DNA of 64,000 nt from Escherichia coli (GTDB taxonomy: Bacteria; Pseudomonadota; Gammaproteobacteria; Enterobacterales; Enterobacteriaceae): NCBI RefSeq assembly GCF_001677475.2, contig NZ_CP015229.1; one strand, given 5' to 3'. Position numbers and translations under genes: made by a program. Below the pieces are notes generated by a model that was given only the letters and a program-made list of their open reading frames with translations, ran no database searches and was not told the origin of the DNA. Below are positions 12,166-25,514 of this stretch, in pieces. How positions within the stretch are numbered: position 1 is the first letter of the stretch; every line of letters begins with the position of its first letter.

Positions 12166-13053
12166 TTAGCCATTCTTTCTTCCCGTTTTCAAACCCCGAT
12201 GGAAATCGTTAATTCGCTTAATGGTTTTAACCGCACGCTGCGGCATCGCGGAAGCCACCGACCAGACAATCATTTCCAGGCACAACAATACCGTACCATG
12301 TAGTGGCGTTTTCCCCTTTTCATCCCCGCGCGGAACATGAATCACGATACTGGCGTCTTTGCTAAAACGTGAATCCAGCGCGTTTGTCAGCAAAATAACA
12401 GGGATCCCCAGCCGCCTCGCCTCACGAAGCGTTGTCAGCCCTTCCCGGTGCGCAGATTTTTGCGCCATCATGATCAGAACATCGCCACGTTGAAGCGCGA
12501 TCAGTTGCTCGGCAAGGCCAATACCCGTACGGTTTAGTGCCGTGGCAGGCAAACCTATGCGGTTGAATAGTCGTGCGGTATAGTCCGCCAGAATACCCGA
12601 AGCGCCAATGCCAAAAATTGCGACTTGCCGTGCCTGCACCAACAACGCTACCGCTTGCGCAAGCGCGTGGCGGTTTTCAGGCTCTGACAGGACATTACAA
12701 GTATACAAATGCCCTTCAAGAACAAAGTCGATTGCGGTGTTAACATCGCTCGTCAAGTTACTCACCGTCGTAGACATCTTTTCGCTGGAACTAAGGGCTG
12801 GACCAAGCCACTGTTCCAGAGTGCGTCTCAGATCACGCAGCCCGGCAAACCCCAGAGCCTGTATAGCCCTGATAACTGTGGCATCGGAAGTGTTCAACGT
12901 GGCCGCAATTTCCATCGCCGTTTGCTCGAGTACCACTTCACGATGCTCATTAATGTAGCTTGCGACAGCTCTTAACCCAGGCGTTAACTGACTCGCGCGA
13001 GTGCGAAAACGCTCACCATAAATATCAACCCGCGTTTTGTCTTTCTGGATCAT
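12166..13053 (-). CDS. RpiR/MurR-family transcriptional regulator (HTH + SIS domain)
   Basis: 295 aa; N-terminal HTH and SIS-domain-like core; start codon overlaps stop of upstream binding-protein gene. Confidence 0.65.
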   Translation of the reverse strand: MIQKDKTRVDIYGERFRTRASQLTPGLRAVASYINEHREVVLEQTAMEIAATLNTSDATVIRAIQALGFAGLRDLRRTLEQWLGPALSSSEKMSTTVSNLTSDVNTAIDFVLEGHLYTCNVLSEPENRHALAQAVALLVQARQVAIFGIGASGILADYTARLFNRIGLPATALNRTGIGLAEQLIALQRGDVLIMMAQKSAHREGLTTLREARRLGIPVILLTNALDSRFSKDASIVIHVPRGDEKGKTPLHGTVLLCLEMIVWSVASAMPQRAVKTIKRINDFHRGLKTGRKNG

Positions 13054-13997
13054 TTAGCCTCCGGTAGAGGTCGTCCCGCAATTTGTGATTGTATCTGCGC
13101 AGCCATCAGCCCCAGAGATGCAAAGGAGTTAGAAATCGCCTCTTCACGAGAAATCAGCACATAGCGCCCGGAACGACAGGCCGTCAGAAACTGACACCAT
13201 CCCGGCATGACTTTTTCCATTGCTGCCAGCTCATCCTGAGGTTTACCACCGGTGTCACCGCGCCAGGTTGCAAAAACAAAATCGGCATCCAGTTCAGGTA
13301 AACGCTCTGCGCTCACATCCATTCGCCCACCTTCAGGAATGCTCTCAATCAGCGGCGGAAAGCGAAAACCAGCATCGCGTAATACCCGCCCCAGCGAATG
13401 ATAGCTATGCATCACATTAATTTTTCCCTGATTTGCCTGAATCACCGATACCGTTATTTTTTGGCTGTCCAGCGTCGCCTTCAGCGCATTGATTTGTGCC
13501 TGATAGCGGCGTTCAAGTATCGCCAGCTGCGACTGCGTTCCTGTAAGTTCTGCCAGCTTGCGGTAGATTTCTGGCGCGCCTCCTTTGAGATGATCAATGC
13601 TCACCGTGGGCGCAATTTTTTCCAGTTGTTCAATGGGCGTATTACGGGTCGGTTCTGTGATGATCAGGTCAGGCTTTGCCGCCACAATCGCTTCAATATC
13701 AATATCAGCGGTGCCAATAAAAGCGATCGATGAATTATCAAAGTCGACACCTGTCAATAACGCGCCTGATCGAATGAAATGGCTACCGTCAGGCCGGGTT
13801 CGCCCGTGGCTGGCGACAGGAGGTACACCGAGCTCAATCAGAGGAATAGTGATATCAAGATCGTGTAAAGAGACAATTCTCTTTGGATGAGCAGGAACAG
13901 TGACTTTGCGCCCTAAATCATCAGTAAAGACCTGAACAGGTTCTGTCGCGCGGGCAAAGAATGACAACAGTATCAGCAGAGAAAAAAATAAACGCAT
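13050..13997 (-). CDS. Periplasmic substrate-binding protein, siderophore/cobalamin type (FecB-like)
   Basis: ORF 13050-14060; probable start at Met preceding signal peptide MRLFFSLLILLSFFARA. Confidence 0.7.
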   Translation of the reverse strand: MRLFFSLLILLSFFARATEPVQVFTDDLGRKVTVPAHPKRIVSLHDLDITIPLIELGVPPVASHGRTRPDGSHFIRSGALLTGVDFDNSSIAFIGTADIDIEAIVAAKPDLIITEPTRNTPIEQLEKIAPTVSIDHLKGGAPEIYRKLAELTGTQSQLAILERRYQAQINALKATLDSQKITVSVIQANQGKINVMHSYHSLGRVLRDAGFRFPPLIESIPEGGRMDVSAERLPELDADFVFATWRGDTGGKPQDELAAMEKVMPGWCQFLTACRSGRYVLISREEAISNSFASLGLMAAQIQSQIAGRPLPEAK

Positions 13998-14007
13998 ATA
14001 ACTCCCA

Positions 14008-15057
14008 TTAAAAACTGTTCCTGCGCTGCCAGAGCAGTAGCAAAAAGAATGGTCCACCAATCAATGAAATAATGATTCCGGCAGGCAGTTGCAAAGGCAA
14101 AAAAGCCAAACGACCAATGCTATCCGCCAGGATGACTAACAACGCCCCCGATACGGCGCTCCCCAGCAGTAATGTCGTCTGCCCGCCACGTAGAATAAAA
14201 CGTGATATATGGGGTGCTATCAATCCGACAAAACCGATGTTACCAACACACGAAACGCAGACGGCTGTCAGGATTATTGGTGCGGCGACACGTAACAACG
14301 CCAGACGAGAACTATTCACCCCTAACCCGGTTGCAACCTGATGACCAAGCAGAGCGATATCCGCCGTCCTGGCGGTGAACAGCAATAAAAGAGCGGCTGG
14401 CAACATCCAACAGGCTGAAATACCGACTAACATCCAGTTAGCTGCATGCAGGCTTCCCGATAACCACATCAATGCAGTTTGTACATCTCGAACATCTGCA
14501 GTGGTCATAAATACACCGATACCGGCGGCGAAAAACCAGGAAACACCAATACCAATCAGAACAAATCGCGGGCGGGAAATATCGCGTGCACAAAAAATCA
14601 CGATTAAAGCCACCAACAAGCCACCAGCAAGACCAGCCACTGGACGCCAGAACATTCCCAGCATTGGAAACTGGAAGATCAGCCACAGCACCGCCACGCT
14701 ACATCCTTCTTTGACGCCGATTAAACCAGGATCGGCAAGGCCGTTACGCGCAATGGATTGCATCGCGGCCCCCGCCATACCTAACATGGCTCCGCATAGC
14801 AATGCCATGATGACTCTCGGCAAGCGAATATCCTGCACAATATAACGTGCGTCTGTGCTTACGTTTTCTGGAGCAAACAACGCTCGTCCTACTTCCGATG
14901 CCGGGACAGAAAAAGAACCATGCATCAGACCGAATATCAGTATTCCAACCGCAAACAGAAACAGCCCACCAAGCAACACCAGATTTTTAGGGCGTACCAG
15001 TGTCGAAAACTTACCAACACGTAGTGGACGTAGCCCGACGTTCATTATCCGACTCAT
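14008..15057 (-). CDS. ABC transporter permease, FecCD family
   Basis: 349 aa polytopic membrane protein. Confidence 0.75.
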   Translation of the reverse strand: MSRIMNVGLRPLRVGKFSTLVRPKNLVLLGGLFLFAVGILIFGLMHGSFSVPASEVGRALFAPENVSTDARYIVQDIRLPRVIMALLCGAMLGMAGAAMQSIARNGLADPGLIGVKEGCSVAVLWLIFQFPMLGMFWRPVAGLAGGLLVALIVIFCARDISRPRFVLIGIGVSWFFAAGIGVFMTTADVRDVQTALMWLSGSLHAANWMLVGISACWMLPAALLLLFTARTADIALLGHQVATGLGVNSSRLALLRVAAPIILTAVCVSCVGNIGFVGLIAPHISRFILRGGQTTLLLGSAVSGALLVILADSIGRLAFLPLQLPAGIIISLIGGPFFLLLLWQRRNSF

Positions 15058-16037
15058 TTGAACATCCTCGTCGCCATAATGACAAAAACAGGCGCACCAA
15101 CTAACGCCGTCATGACACCGGTCGCTAACTCATGGGGCGTGAAAAGCGTCCGAGCAATAATATCTGCCAGTAATAACAAAAGCGCGCCGACACAAGCTGA
15201 AAGAGGGAGCAGAACGCGCAGATCCGCTGATACCAGACGCCTGACAATCTGCGGTACTAGCAGGCCGACAAAACCAATGGGGCCAGCAATCGATACGGCT
15301 GCGCCACAGAGCAACGCGATCGCAAGCAGAGTGAATGTTCGCGTGCGGAGTACCGAGACGCCCAGCCCCTGCGCCATGCGATCACCCAGTGCCAACATGT
15401 TAAGAGAGGGCGCAAGGTAAATGGCTAACACAACCCCCCCCAGAGAAAACCAGGCGGACGTACCCAGCGTCGCCCAATCCTGCCCCGCTAAATCACCTGC
15501 TAGCCATGTCCGCATCGCCAGCAGTGTTTGTTCGTCAAGAATCAGGATTGCAGCCGTTATTGAGGACACGAACGCCGATAGCGCCACGCCGCATAAAGTA
15601 ACTTTCATTGGCGTTAACCCTGAACGCCCTGCGGAGGAAAGCAGCAATATCAACAGGAACAATAACGCGCCCCCCGTAGATGCCAGCAGTGGGCGTCCAA
15701 CCGGAAAGGCCAGTCCAAGCGCACTGGCGGCAACGACAGCAAGAGCGGCTCCGGCATTTAAGCCTAAAATATGTGGCTCCCCCAATGGGTTACGAATGAC
15801 AGCCTGCAACAAAGCACCAGCAACTCCAAGAGAAGCACCGGTAAGCAATGCTGCCGCTAAACGCGGCAAACGGAGTCTTACAATTACGTTGTGATCGAAG
15901 TTTTGCGGTTCAAAATGAAGAAATGCCTGCAACACCGTTTGTGGTGCAATAAATCGGGCACCAATCCCTGGATATACCACGCATCCCACCAGCAGTAAGG
16001 CGAGGAAAATTACAGTAACCAGCCCTGTGCGCATCAT
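15054..16037 (-). CDS. ABC transporter permease, FecCD family
   Basis: 327 aa polytopic membrane protein; overlaps neighbouring genes by 4 nt. Confidence 0.75.
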   Translation of the reverse strand: MMRTGLVTVIFLALLLVGCVVYPGIGARFIAPQTVLQAFLHFEPQNFDHNVIVRLRLPRLAAALLTGASLGVAGALLQAVIRNPLGEPHILGLNAGAALAVVAASALGLAFPVGRPLLASTGGALLFLLILLLSSAGRSGLTPMKVTLCGVALSAFVSSITAAILILDEQTLLAMRTWLAGDLAGQDWATLGTSAWFSLGGVVLAIYLAPSLNMLALGDRMAQGLGVSVLRTRTFTLLAIALLCGAAVSIAGPIGFVGLLVPQIVRRLVSADLRVLLPLSACVGALLLLLADIIARTLFTPHELATGVMTALVGAPVFVIMATRMFK

Positions 16038-16843
16038 ACTTTTTCTACACCACGAAACGGCATGAAGAACGGCTTTCCCGTCAGAGGATTTATTGATGCG
16101 TGAACATCAACGTCAAAGACAGCTTTTACCAGCTCAGGCGTGCAATGCTCCCCCTCATTCAACACACGCACCACTTTCCCCTGGCGTAAAAATATCAACG
16201 TATCGCCATAATTGACGGCAAAATTCAGATCATGCAACACCACGACGACTGTACGCCCGTGATGACGCGTTAAGTCATGTAATAACTCAAGAATTTCAAC
16301 CTGATAACGTAAATCAAGCCAGGTTGTGGGTTCATCCAGCAGGATATAAGGCGTCTTTTGCGCCAACACCATCGCAATCCAGCAACGCTGGCGCTGCCCA
16401 CCAGAGAGTTTTTCAACCGGTAAATGTGCAAACTCCTGCGTACCGGTTAATTTCAGGGCCTCTTCTACCGCCTGCTCGTCGGCGTCGCTCCATTGACGTA
16501 TGAAATTTTGCCAGGGAAAACGCCCACGCGACACCAGTTCATAAACGGTTAAGCCCTCCGGCAATAATGGCGACTGCGGCAAGATCCCAAGTCTACGGGA
16601 TAACGCTTTCGTTGGTTGCTCGTGAATCGCTTTACCATCCAGCAATATAGAGCCGCCCATAGGCTGCAAGATACGTGCAATGGTGCTGAGCAACGTCGAC
16701 TTTCCACAGCCGTTTGCCCCAACCAGAACGGTCATTTTTTCTGTGGGAACGGAGAAAGAAACACCATCAACAATGATCTTCTTGTGATACCCGGCAGAAA
16801 CATTGTCGAGGATCAGCCCCTGCCCTTTTGCGTTATGTGCCAC
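16034..16843 (-). CDS. ABC transporter ATP-binding protein (FecE-like)
   Basis: 269 aa; Walker A GANGCGKST, signature LSGGQRQR, Walker B ILLDEP. Confidence 0.8.
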   Translation of the reverse strand: MAHNAKGQGLILDNVSAGYHKKIIVDGVSFSVPTEKMTVLVGANGCGKSTLLSTIARILQPMGGSILLDGKAIHEQPTKALSRRLGILPQSPLLPEGLTVYELVSRGRFPWQNFIRQWSDADEQAVEEALKLTGTQEFAHLPVEKLSGGQRQRCWIAMVLAQKTPYILLDEPTTWLDLRYQVEILELLHDLTRHHGRTVVVVLHDLNFAVNYGDTLIFLRQGKVVRVLNEGEHCTPELVKAVFDVDVHASINPLTGKPFFMPFRGVEKV

Positions 16844-17216
16844 GTGTACGCCAACTTAATCAAAGACAAACAAAAATAAAACTCATTCTCTTTTGAGAGT
16901 TTGACGCCACAAAATGTAGTAGTCAAGAAGTTAAAATCCATACAAAAACAAGGTAAATAACAGGTGAAATATTTTTAAAGATAAAAATAAAATCATTAAA
17001 TATTAATAAATTACCATCAATTAAATTGCATTAACCTCTCATAAAAACACATGTAGCAATTTTTTGTTATTTCTCATTTACTACTACATTACCGCATGGT
17101 TGAATGATTCTCAATTACATATCCGATGGTGAAATAACAAACGGATAGTGCTTAGTGAGCAACAAGAAACAATTTTCACTCACGACAATCCGTGAGTTTT
17201 TGGGATAACAGACTAA

Positions 17217-19358
17217 ATGGCTAAGTTCACACCTTCATTCTCAGGAATCAAAGGTCGGGCGCTCTTTTCACTGCTCTTTGCAGCACCGATGATTCATGCA
17301 ACCGACACTGCAACGACCAAAGATGGCGAAACAATCACTGTTACAGCGGATGCAAATACCGCAACTGAGGCGACCGATGGTTATCAACCTCTGAGCACCT
17401 CCACGGCGACATTAACCGATATGCCGATGCTGGATATCCCGCAAGTGGTCAATACGGTTAGCGATCAGGTTCTGGAAAATCAGAATGCGACGACGCTGGA
17501 TGAGGCACTTTATAACGTCAGTAACGTGGTACAGACCAATACATTAGGCGGAACTCAGGACGCCTTTGTACGTCGTGGGTTTGGTGCTAACCGGGATGGC
17601 TCCATCCTGACCAACGGTCTGCGAACCGTACTTCCTCGCAGCTTCAACGCTGCAACAGAACGTGTGGAAGTGCTAAAAGGCCCGGCCTCCACGCTGTATG
17701 GCATTCTTGATCCTGGCGGACTGATTAACGTCGTGACAAAGCGCCCGGAAAAAACATTCCATGGTTCTGTATCAGCCACGTCCTCCAGTTTTGGCGGAGG
17801 CACTGGGCAACTGGATATCACAGGTCCCATTGAAGGCACTCAGCTGGCATACCGCCTGACGGGGGAAGTGCAGGATGAAGATTACTGGCGGAATTTCGGT
17901 AAAGAGCGCAGCACATTTATTGCCCCATCACTCACCTGGTTTGGTGATAATGCAACAGTAACCATGCTCTATTCACATCGGGATTATAAAACGCCGTTCG
18001 ATCGTGGAACGATTTTCGACCTTACGACGAAACAGCCCGTAAACGTTGATCGAAAAATACGTTTCGACGAACCGTTTAATATTACAGATGGTCAGTCCGA
18101 TCTGGCGCAACTCAACGCAGAATATCATCTCAATAGCCAGTGGACAGCGCGCTTTGATTACAGCTACAGCCAGGATAAATACAGCGATAATCAGGCTCGT
18201 GTTACCGCGTATGATGCAACGACAGGAACGCTGACACGGCGTGTTGATGCAACTCAGGGATCTACCCAGCGTATGCATTCTACTCGTGCGGATCTACAAG
18301 GGAATGTTGATATTGCTGGATTCTATAATGAGATTCTGGGTGGGGTGTCATATGAATATTATGATCTTCTGCGGACAGATATGATCCGCTGTAAAAACGC
18401 TAAAGATTTCAATATCTACAACCCTGTTTATGGCAATACCAGCAAATGCACAACGGTCTCGGCGTCGGACAGCGATCAGACGATCAAACAAGAGAGCTAC
18501 TCAGCATATGCGCAAGATGCGCTCTATCTGACCGATAACTGGATTGCCGTCGCTGGGATCCGCTATCAGTATTACACGCAGTATGCGGGTAAAGGCCGTC
18601 CTTTTAATGTCAATACTGACAGCCGCGATGAACAATGGACGCCCAAACTGGGGTTGGTCTACAAACTGACGCCATCGGTATCCTTATTTGCCAATTATTC
18701 GCAAACATTTATGCCGCAATCGTCAATTGCCAGCTACATTGGCGATCTTCCACCGGAATCATCTAATGCTTACGAAGTCGGGGCAAAAGTCGAGCTGTTC
18801 GATGGTATAACCGCAGATATTGCGCTGTTTGATATCCATAAACGTAACGTGTTGTATACCGAAAGTATTGGTGATGAAACCATCGCCAAAACGGCAGGCC
18901 GCGTTCGTTCAAGAGGGGTAGAAGTCGACCTTGCGGGAGCATTAACTGAAAACATTAATATCATTGCCAGCTACGGCTATACCGATGCTAAGGTTCTGGA
19001 AGATCCTGATTATGCAGGGAAACCATTGCCGAATGTTCCTCGTCATACCGGTTCGCTATTCCTGACCTATAACATTCATAACATGCCAGGCAATAACACA
19101 CTGACGTTTGGCGGTGGTGGACATGGCGTAAGCCGTCGTTCGGCAACCAATGGGGCTGACTATTATCTGCCAGGCTATTTCGTTGCCGATGCCTTCGCCG
19201 CATACAAAATGAAATTGCAGTATCCGGTCACACTGCAATTAAACGTCAAAAACCTATTTGATAAAACGTATTACACCTCTTCCATCGCCACAAATAATCT
19301 GGGGAATCAGATTGGCGATCCGCGTGAAGTGCAATTCACGGTGAAAATGGAATTTTGA
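17217..19358 (+). CDS. TonB-dependent outer-membrane receptor
   Basis: 713 aa; signal peptide, TonB-box-like ETITVTA, plug domain, C-terminal aromatic residue (ends MEF); divergent from the ABC operon across an AT-rich 370-bp region. Confidence 0.8.
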   Translation: MAKFTPSFSGIKGRALFSLLFAAPMIHATDTATTKDGETITVTADANTATEATDGYQPLSTSTATLTDMPMLDIPQVVNTVSDQVLENQNATTLDEALYNVSNVVQTNTLGGTQDAFVRRGFGANRDGSILTNGLRTVLPRSFNAATERVEVLKGPASTLYGILDPGGLINVVTKRPEKTFHGSVSATSSSFGGGTGQLDITGPIEGTQLAYRLTGEVQDEDYWRNFGKERSTFIAPSLTWFGDNATVTMLYSHRDYKTPFDRGTIFDLTTKQPVNVDRKIRFDEPFNITDGQSDLAQLNAEYHLNSQWTARFDYSYSQDKYSDNQARVTAYDATTGTLTRRVDATQGSTQRMHSTRADLQGNVDIAGFYNEILGGVSYEYYDLLRTDMIRCKNAKDFNIYNPVYGNTSKCTTVSASDSDQTIKQESYSAYAQDALYLTDNWIAVAGIRYQYYTQYAGKGRPFNVNTDSRDEQWTPKLGLVYKLTPSVSLFANYSQTFMPQSSIASYIGDLPPESSNAYEVGAKVELFDGITADIALFDIHKRNVLYTESIGDETIAKTAGRVRSRGVEVDLAGALTENINIIASYGYTDAKVLEDPDYAGKPLPNVPRHTGSLFLTYNIHNMPGNNTLTFGGGGHGVSRRSATNGADYYLPGYFVADAFAAYKMKLQYPVTLQLNVKNLFDKTYYTSSIATNNLGNQIGDPREVQFTVKMEF

Positions 19359-19359
19359 T

Positions 19360-19400
19360 CAAAAAAGCCCGGTATACACTTGTATACCGGGCTATGTTTT
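19360..19400. terminator. Bidirectional hairpin terminator between receptor gene and parE
   Basis: Stem-loop AGCCCGGTATACACTTGTATACCGGGCT flanked by A-run and T-rich run. Confidence 0.55.
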
Positions 19401-19421
19401 ATTCTTCTGGCGGGAGGATTA

Positions 19422-21317
<1,896 letters not shown>

Positions 21318-21342
21318 TTAAGTTAGCAATTCGAGTTGATCG

Positions 21343-21924
21343 TCAGAGATGGTGCAGACCAAGAAAATCGACGATCGGGTTGAAATAATCTTCGAAGCCC
21401 GTGAATGCGTGGTTGCCGCCTTCTATGACAGTCTGGCGGCAGGAAGCGTAGTACGCCACCGCCTGGCGGTAATCCAGCACTTCATCTCCCGTCTGTTGCA
21501 GCAGCCAGATCAAATCCGGCGCTTCCAGCGGGTCAATCTGCATGACTTTGAGATCGTAAATATGGCGTGACTCTAGCACATATTGCTGCCCGGTGTAGGG
21601 GTTCTCGTTCTGACCGAGATAGTCCGTCAGCAGTTCAAACGGGCGTACCGCCGGGTTTACCACCACTGCGGGCAGCATAAAACATTGCGACAACCAGGTG
21701 GCGTAATATCCCCCCAGTGACGAACCGACAATACCCAGCGAATCGCCGCCATGTTCCAGGACAATGGATTCCAGCAGTTCTGCCGCGTCGGAAGGATACG
21801 GCGGCAACTGCGGAATGATCATCTCTACGTCAGGGTGATGTTCCGCCAACCAGTTTTTTAACAAGCTCGCTTTTGCAGAGCGCGGCGAGCTGTTGAAACC
21901 GTGTAAATAAAGAAGCGTAGACAT
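21343..21924 (-). CDS. yqiA: Esterase YqiA (alpha/beta hydrolase)
   Basis: 193 aa; GSSLGG nucleophile elbow; conserved parE-yqiA-cpdA order. Confidence 0.8.
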   Translation of the reverse strand: MSTLLYLHGFNSSPRSAKASLLKNWLAEHHPDVEMIIPQLPPYPSDAAELLESIVLEHGGDSLGIVGSSLGGYYATWLSQCFMLPAVVVNPAVRPFELLTDYLGQNENPYTGQQYVLESRHIYDLKVMQIDPLEAPDLIWLLQQTGDEVLDYRQAVAYYASCRQTVIEGGNHAFTGFEDYFNPIVDFLGLHHL

Positions 21925-22751
21925 CAGTAGCCTTCTGAAGCGGTATCAGGTTGGAAACGTGTGTCCGCCAGGCGATGCACCTCGGTGGTCAGCGTGCCAT
22001 CAGCATGTAACTCGAGAGTACGCCAGCCGGGCGCGATGGTGTCCAGCGTAAAGTTGGAACAGTGCGGCTTAAACTGCACACAGGTCGACGGTGTTGCCAG
22101 CAGGCGGCGACCGTTCCAGTCGAGATCCAGCTCCTGATGAATATGACCGCACAGCAAGTATTTGACGTGCGGAAACTTCGCCAGCACGGTATCCAGTTCG
22201 CCCGCATTACGCAGGCTGTGTTGGTCAAGCCAACTACAACCCGCAGGTAGCGGATGATGATGCAGCAGCAGCAACGTATGGCGTTCTGGCGCATCGGCCA
22301 GTTTACGTTCCAGCCACTCAAGCTGAAACTCGCTCAGCTCACCGTGCGGCACGCCAAACACCTGGCTATCCAGCAACAGGATTTGCCATTGCTCACCAAT
22401 AAACACCCGCTTCGCCGGGGAGATACCCGCATCCTGTAACGCGCTGTACATCGCGGGCTGGAAATCGTGGTTGCCCGGCAGCCAGACGCAGGGCGCACGA
22501 AAACTTGCGATGCCTTCAGCGAAATGCTGATAGGCCGCAGAGGATTGATCCTGCGCTAAATCACCTGTCGCGACAATCAGGTCGAATTCGTGCTGGTGTG
22601 GCCGAATCGCCTCCAGCACCGCCTGGTAGCTTTCCCAGGTGTTTACCCCTAACAGGGCTTCGTGCTTTTGCGCAAACAGGTGAGTGTCGGTAATTTGTAA
22701 AATCCTGACTCTGGCCTCACCAGCCAGAGGAAGGGTTAACAGGCTTTCCAA
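21924..22751 (-). CDS. cpdA: 3',5'-cyclic AMP phosphodiesterase
   Basis: 275 aa metallophosphoesterase (GDLAQD, GNHD motifs). Confidence 0.85.
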   Translation of the reverse strand: MESLLTLPLAGEARVRILQITDTHLFAQKHEALLGVNTWESYQAVLEAIRPHQHEFDLIVATGDLAQDQSSAAYQHFAEGIASFRAPCVWLPGNHDFQPAMYSALQDAGISPAKRVFIGEQWQILLLDSQVFGVPHGELSEFQLEWLERKLADAPERHTLLLLHHHPLPAGCSWLDQHSLRNAGELDTVLAKFPHVKYLLCGHIHQELDLDWNGRRLLATPSTCVQFKPHCSNFTLDTIAPGWRTLELHADGTLTTEVHRLADTRFQPDTASEGY

Positions 22752-22775
22752 ATGGTGTCCTTAGGTTTCACGACG

Positions 22776-23198
22776 CTAGTAAACCGGAATCGCCATCGCT
22801 CCATGTGCTAAACAGTATCGCAACCAGTCCGCTAGAAACTGATTAATTTGATGCTTTTCGTCGCGTTGATGCAACTTTTTATTAGGATAATCATACCGCG
22901 CTTTGAAGCGAAAAATCTGCTGGCTTGAACACACTTCAGCCACCATCGCGTCATGATACAGACGCACCGTCATTGACGGAAGGCTCCAGTAACTGATAGC
23001 GGGCGCAGTCTGTTCTATTGTCACCAGGGTAGTGTATCGGGTCGATTCCACAATCGTTAGCCGATATTGTGCGTTTGCCACCTGATAGCTTACAGTTTCG
23101 CCGGGTGCGTCATTGCGCGGCAACAAACGGCGCAATTGTGAAAAGTTCATCTCGCACAGGCGCATCATTTCAGGAAAGTCAGGTGTGTAACGCTTCAT
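22776..23198 (-). CDS. yqiB: DUF1249 protein YqiB
   Basis: 140 aa; conserved position. Confidence 0.7.
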
Positions 23199-23828
23199 TT
23201 ATGCCCACTCATTTTTTAACGCTTGATGATGCAGCTGCAGCCATTGCAAAGCGATGACCGACGCTGCGTTGTCGATTTTCCCCTCTTCTACCCACTGGTA
23301 TGCCTGTTCCCGGCTTACCACATGAACGCGAATATCTTCGTTTTCATCAGCCAGACCGTGAATACCGCTTGCGGTCGTGGCGTCCACTTCGCCCACCATA
23401 ATTGACGAACGCTCACTGGTGCCCCCCGGGCTTGCCAGGAAACTTAACACCGGTTTGGTCCGTTTGACTATCAGTCCCGCCTCTTCAATCGCTTCGCGAC
23501 GGGCAACATCTTCCACACTTTCACCCTCTTCAATCATCCCGGCAACCATCTCCAGTAGCCAGGGGGTTTCGCTGGTGTCGTACGCGGCAATCCGAATCTG
23601 CTCAATCAGCACAACTTCATCACGCACTGGGTCAAAGGGTAGCAAGACTGCGGCGTGACCGCGCTCAAAAATTTCCCGCCGTACCTCATGACTCATTTGC
23701 CCGTTGAATAGACGATGACGAAATCTATAAAGATCTAATGAAAAAAAGCCGCGATAAAGTGTTTCTCGTGCAATAATTTCTACATCGTTTTTGCCAAATG
23801 TAACGGGCAGGTTGTCTGGCTTAAGCAT
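23199..23828 (-). CDS. nudF: ADP-ribose pyrophosphatase (Nudix)
   Basis: 209 aa; Nudix box ([22 protein letters not shown]). Confidence 0.85.
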
Positions 23829-24032
23829 TGTTAATGTCCTGGCACTAATAGTGAATTAAATGTGAATTTCAGCAACGTTTGACTGCCGTTTGAGCAGTCA
23901 TGTGTTAAATTGAGGCACATTAACGCCCTATGGCACGTAACGCCAACCTTTTGCGGTAGCGGCTTCTGCTAGAATCCGCAATAATTTTACAGTTTGATCG
24001 CGCTAAATACTGCTTCACCACAAGGAATGCAA

Positions 24033-25514
24033 ATGAAGAAATTGCTCCCCATTCTTATCGGCCTGAGCCTTTCTGGGTTCAGTTCGTTGAGCCAGGCCGA
24101 GAACCTGATGCAAGTTTATCAGCAAGCACGCCTTAGTAACCCGGAATTGCGTAAGTCTGCCGCCGATCGTGATGCTGCCTTTGAAAAAATTAATGAAGCG
24201 CGCAGTCCATTACTGCCACAGCTAGGTTTAGGTGCAGATTACACCTATAGCAACGGCTACCGCGACGCGAACGGCATCAACTCTAACGCGACCAGTGCGT
24301 CCCTGCAGTTAACTCAATCCATTTTTGATATGTCGAAATGGCGTGCGTTAACGCTGCAGGAAAAAGCAGCAGGGATTCAGGACGTCACGTATCAGACCGA
24401 TCAGCAAACCTTGATCCTCAACACCGCGACCGCTTATTTCAACGTGTTGAATGCTATTGACGTTCTTTCCTATACACAGGCGCAAAAAGAAGCGATCTAC
24501 CGTCAATTAGATCAAACCACCCAACGTTTTAACGTGGGCCTGGTAGCGATCACCGACGTGCAGAATGCCCGCGCACAGTACGATACCGTGCTGGCGAACG
24601 AAGTGACCGCACGTAATAACCTTGATAACGCGGTAGAGCAGCTGCGCCAGATCACCGGTAACTACTATCCGGAACTGGCGGCGCTGAATGTCGAAAACTT
24701 TAAAACCGACAAACCGCAGCCGGTTAACGCGCTGCTGAAAGAAGCCGAAAAACGCAACCTGTCGCTGTTACAGGCACGCTTGAGCCAGGACCTGGCGCGC
24801 GAGCAAATTCGCCAGGCGCAGGATGGTCACTTACCGACTCTGGATTTAACGGCTTCTACCGGGATTTCTGACACCTCTTATAGCGGTTCGAAAACCCGTG
24901 GTGCCGCTGGTACCCAGTATGACGATAGCAATATGGGCCAGAACAAAGTTGGCCTGAGCTTCTCGCTGCCGATTTATCAGGGCGGAATGGTTAACTCGCA
25001 GGTGAAACAGGCACAGTACAACTTTGTTGGTGCCAGCGAGCAACTGGAAAGCGCGCATCGTAGCGTCGTGCAAACCGTACGTTCCTCCTTCAACAACATT
25101 AATGCTTCTATCAGTAGTATTAACGCCTACAAACAAGCCGTAGTTTCCGCTCAAAGCTCATTAGACGCGATGGAAGCGGGCTACTCGGTCGGTACGCGTA
25201 CCATTGTTGATGTGTTGGATGCGACCACCACGCTGTACAACGCCAAGCAAGAGCTGGCGAATGCGCGTTATAACTACCTGATTAATCAGCTGAATATTAA
25301 GTCAGCCCTGGGTACGTTGAACGAGCAGGATCTGCTGGCACTGAACAATGCGCTGAGCAAACCGGTTTCCACTAACCCGGAAAACGTTGCCCCGCAAACG
25401 CCGGAACAGAATGCTATTGCTGATGGTTATGCACCTGATAGCCCGGCACCCGTCGTTCAGCAAACATCCGCACGCACTACCACCAGTAACGGTCATAACC
25501 CTTTCCGTAACTGA
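24033..25514 (+). CDS. tolC: Outer-membrane channel TolC
   Basis: ORF 23994-25514; start at ATG 24033 (MKKLLPILIGLSLSGFSSLSQA signal peptide). Confidence 0.95.
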   Translation: MKKLLPILIGLSLSGFSSLSQAENLMQVYQQARLSNPELRKSAADRDAAFEKINEARSPLLPQLGLGADYTYSNGYRDANGINSNATSASLQLTQSIFDMSKWRALTLQEKAAGIQDVTYQTDQQTLILNTATAYFNVLNAIDVLSYTQAQKEAIYRQLDQTTQRFNVGLVAITDVQNARAQYDTVLANEVTARNNLDNAVEQLRQITGNYYPELAALNVENFKTDKPQPVNALLKEAEKRNLSLLQARLSQDLAREQIRQAQDGHLPTLDLTASTGISDTSYSGSKTRGAAGTQYDDSNMGQNKVGLSFSLPIYQGGMVNSQVKQAQYNFVGASEQLESAHRSVVQTVRSSFNNINASISSINAYKQAVVSAQSSLDAMEAGYSVGTRTIVDVLDATTTLYNAKQELANARYNYLINQLNIKSALGTLNEQDLLALNNALSKPVSTNPENVAPQTPEQNAIADGYAPDSPAPVVQQTSARTTTSNGHNPFRN

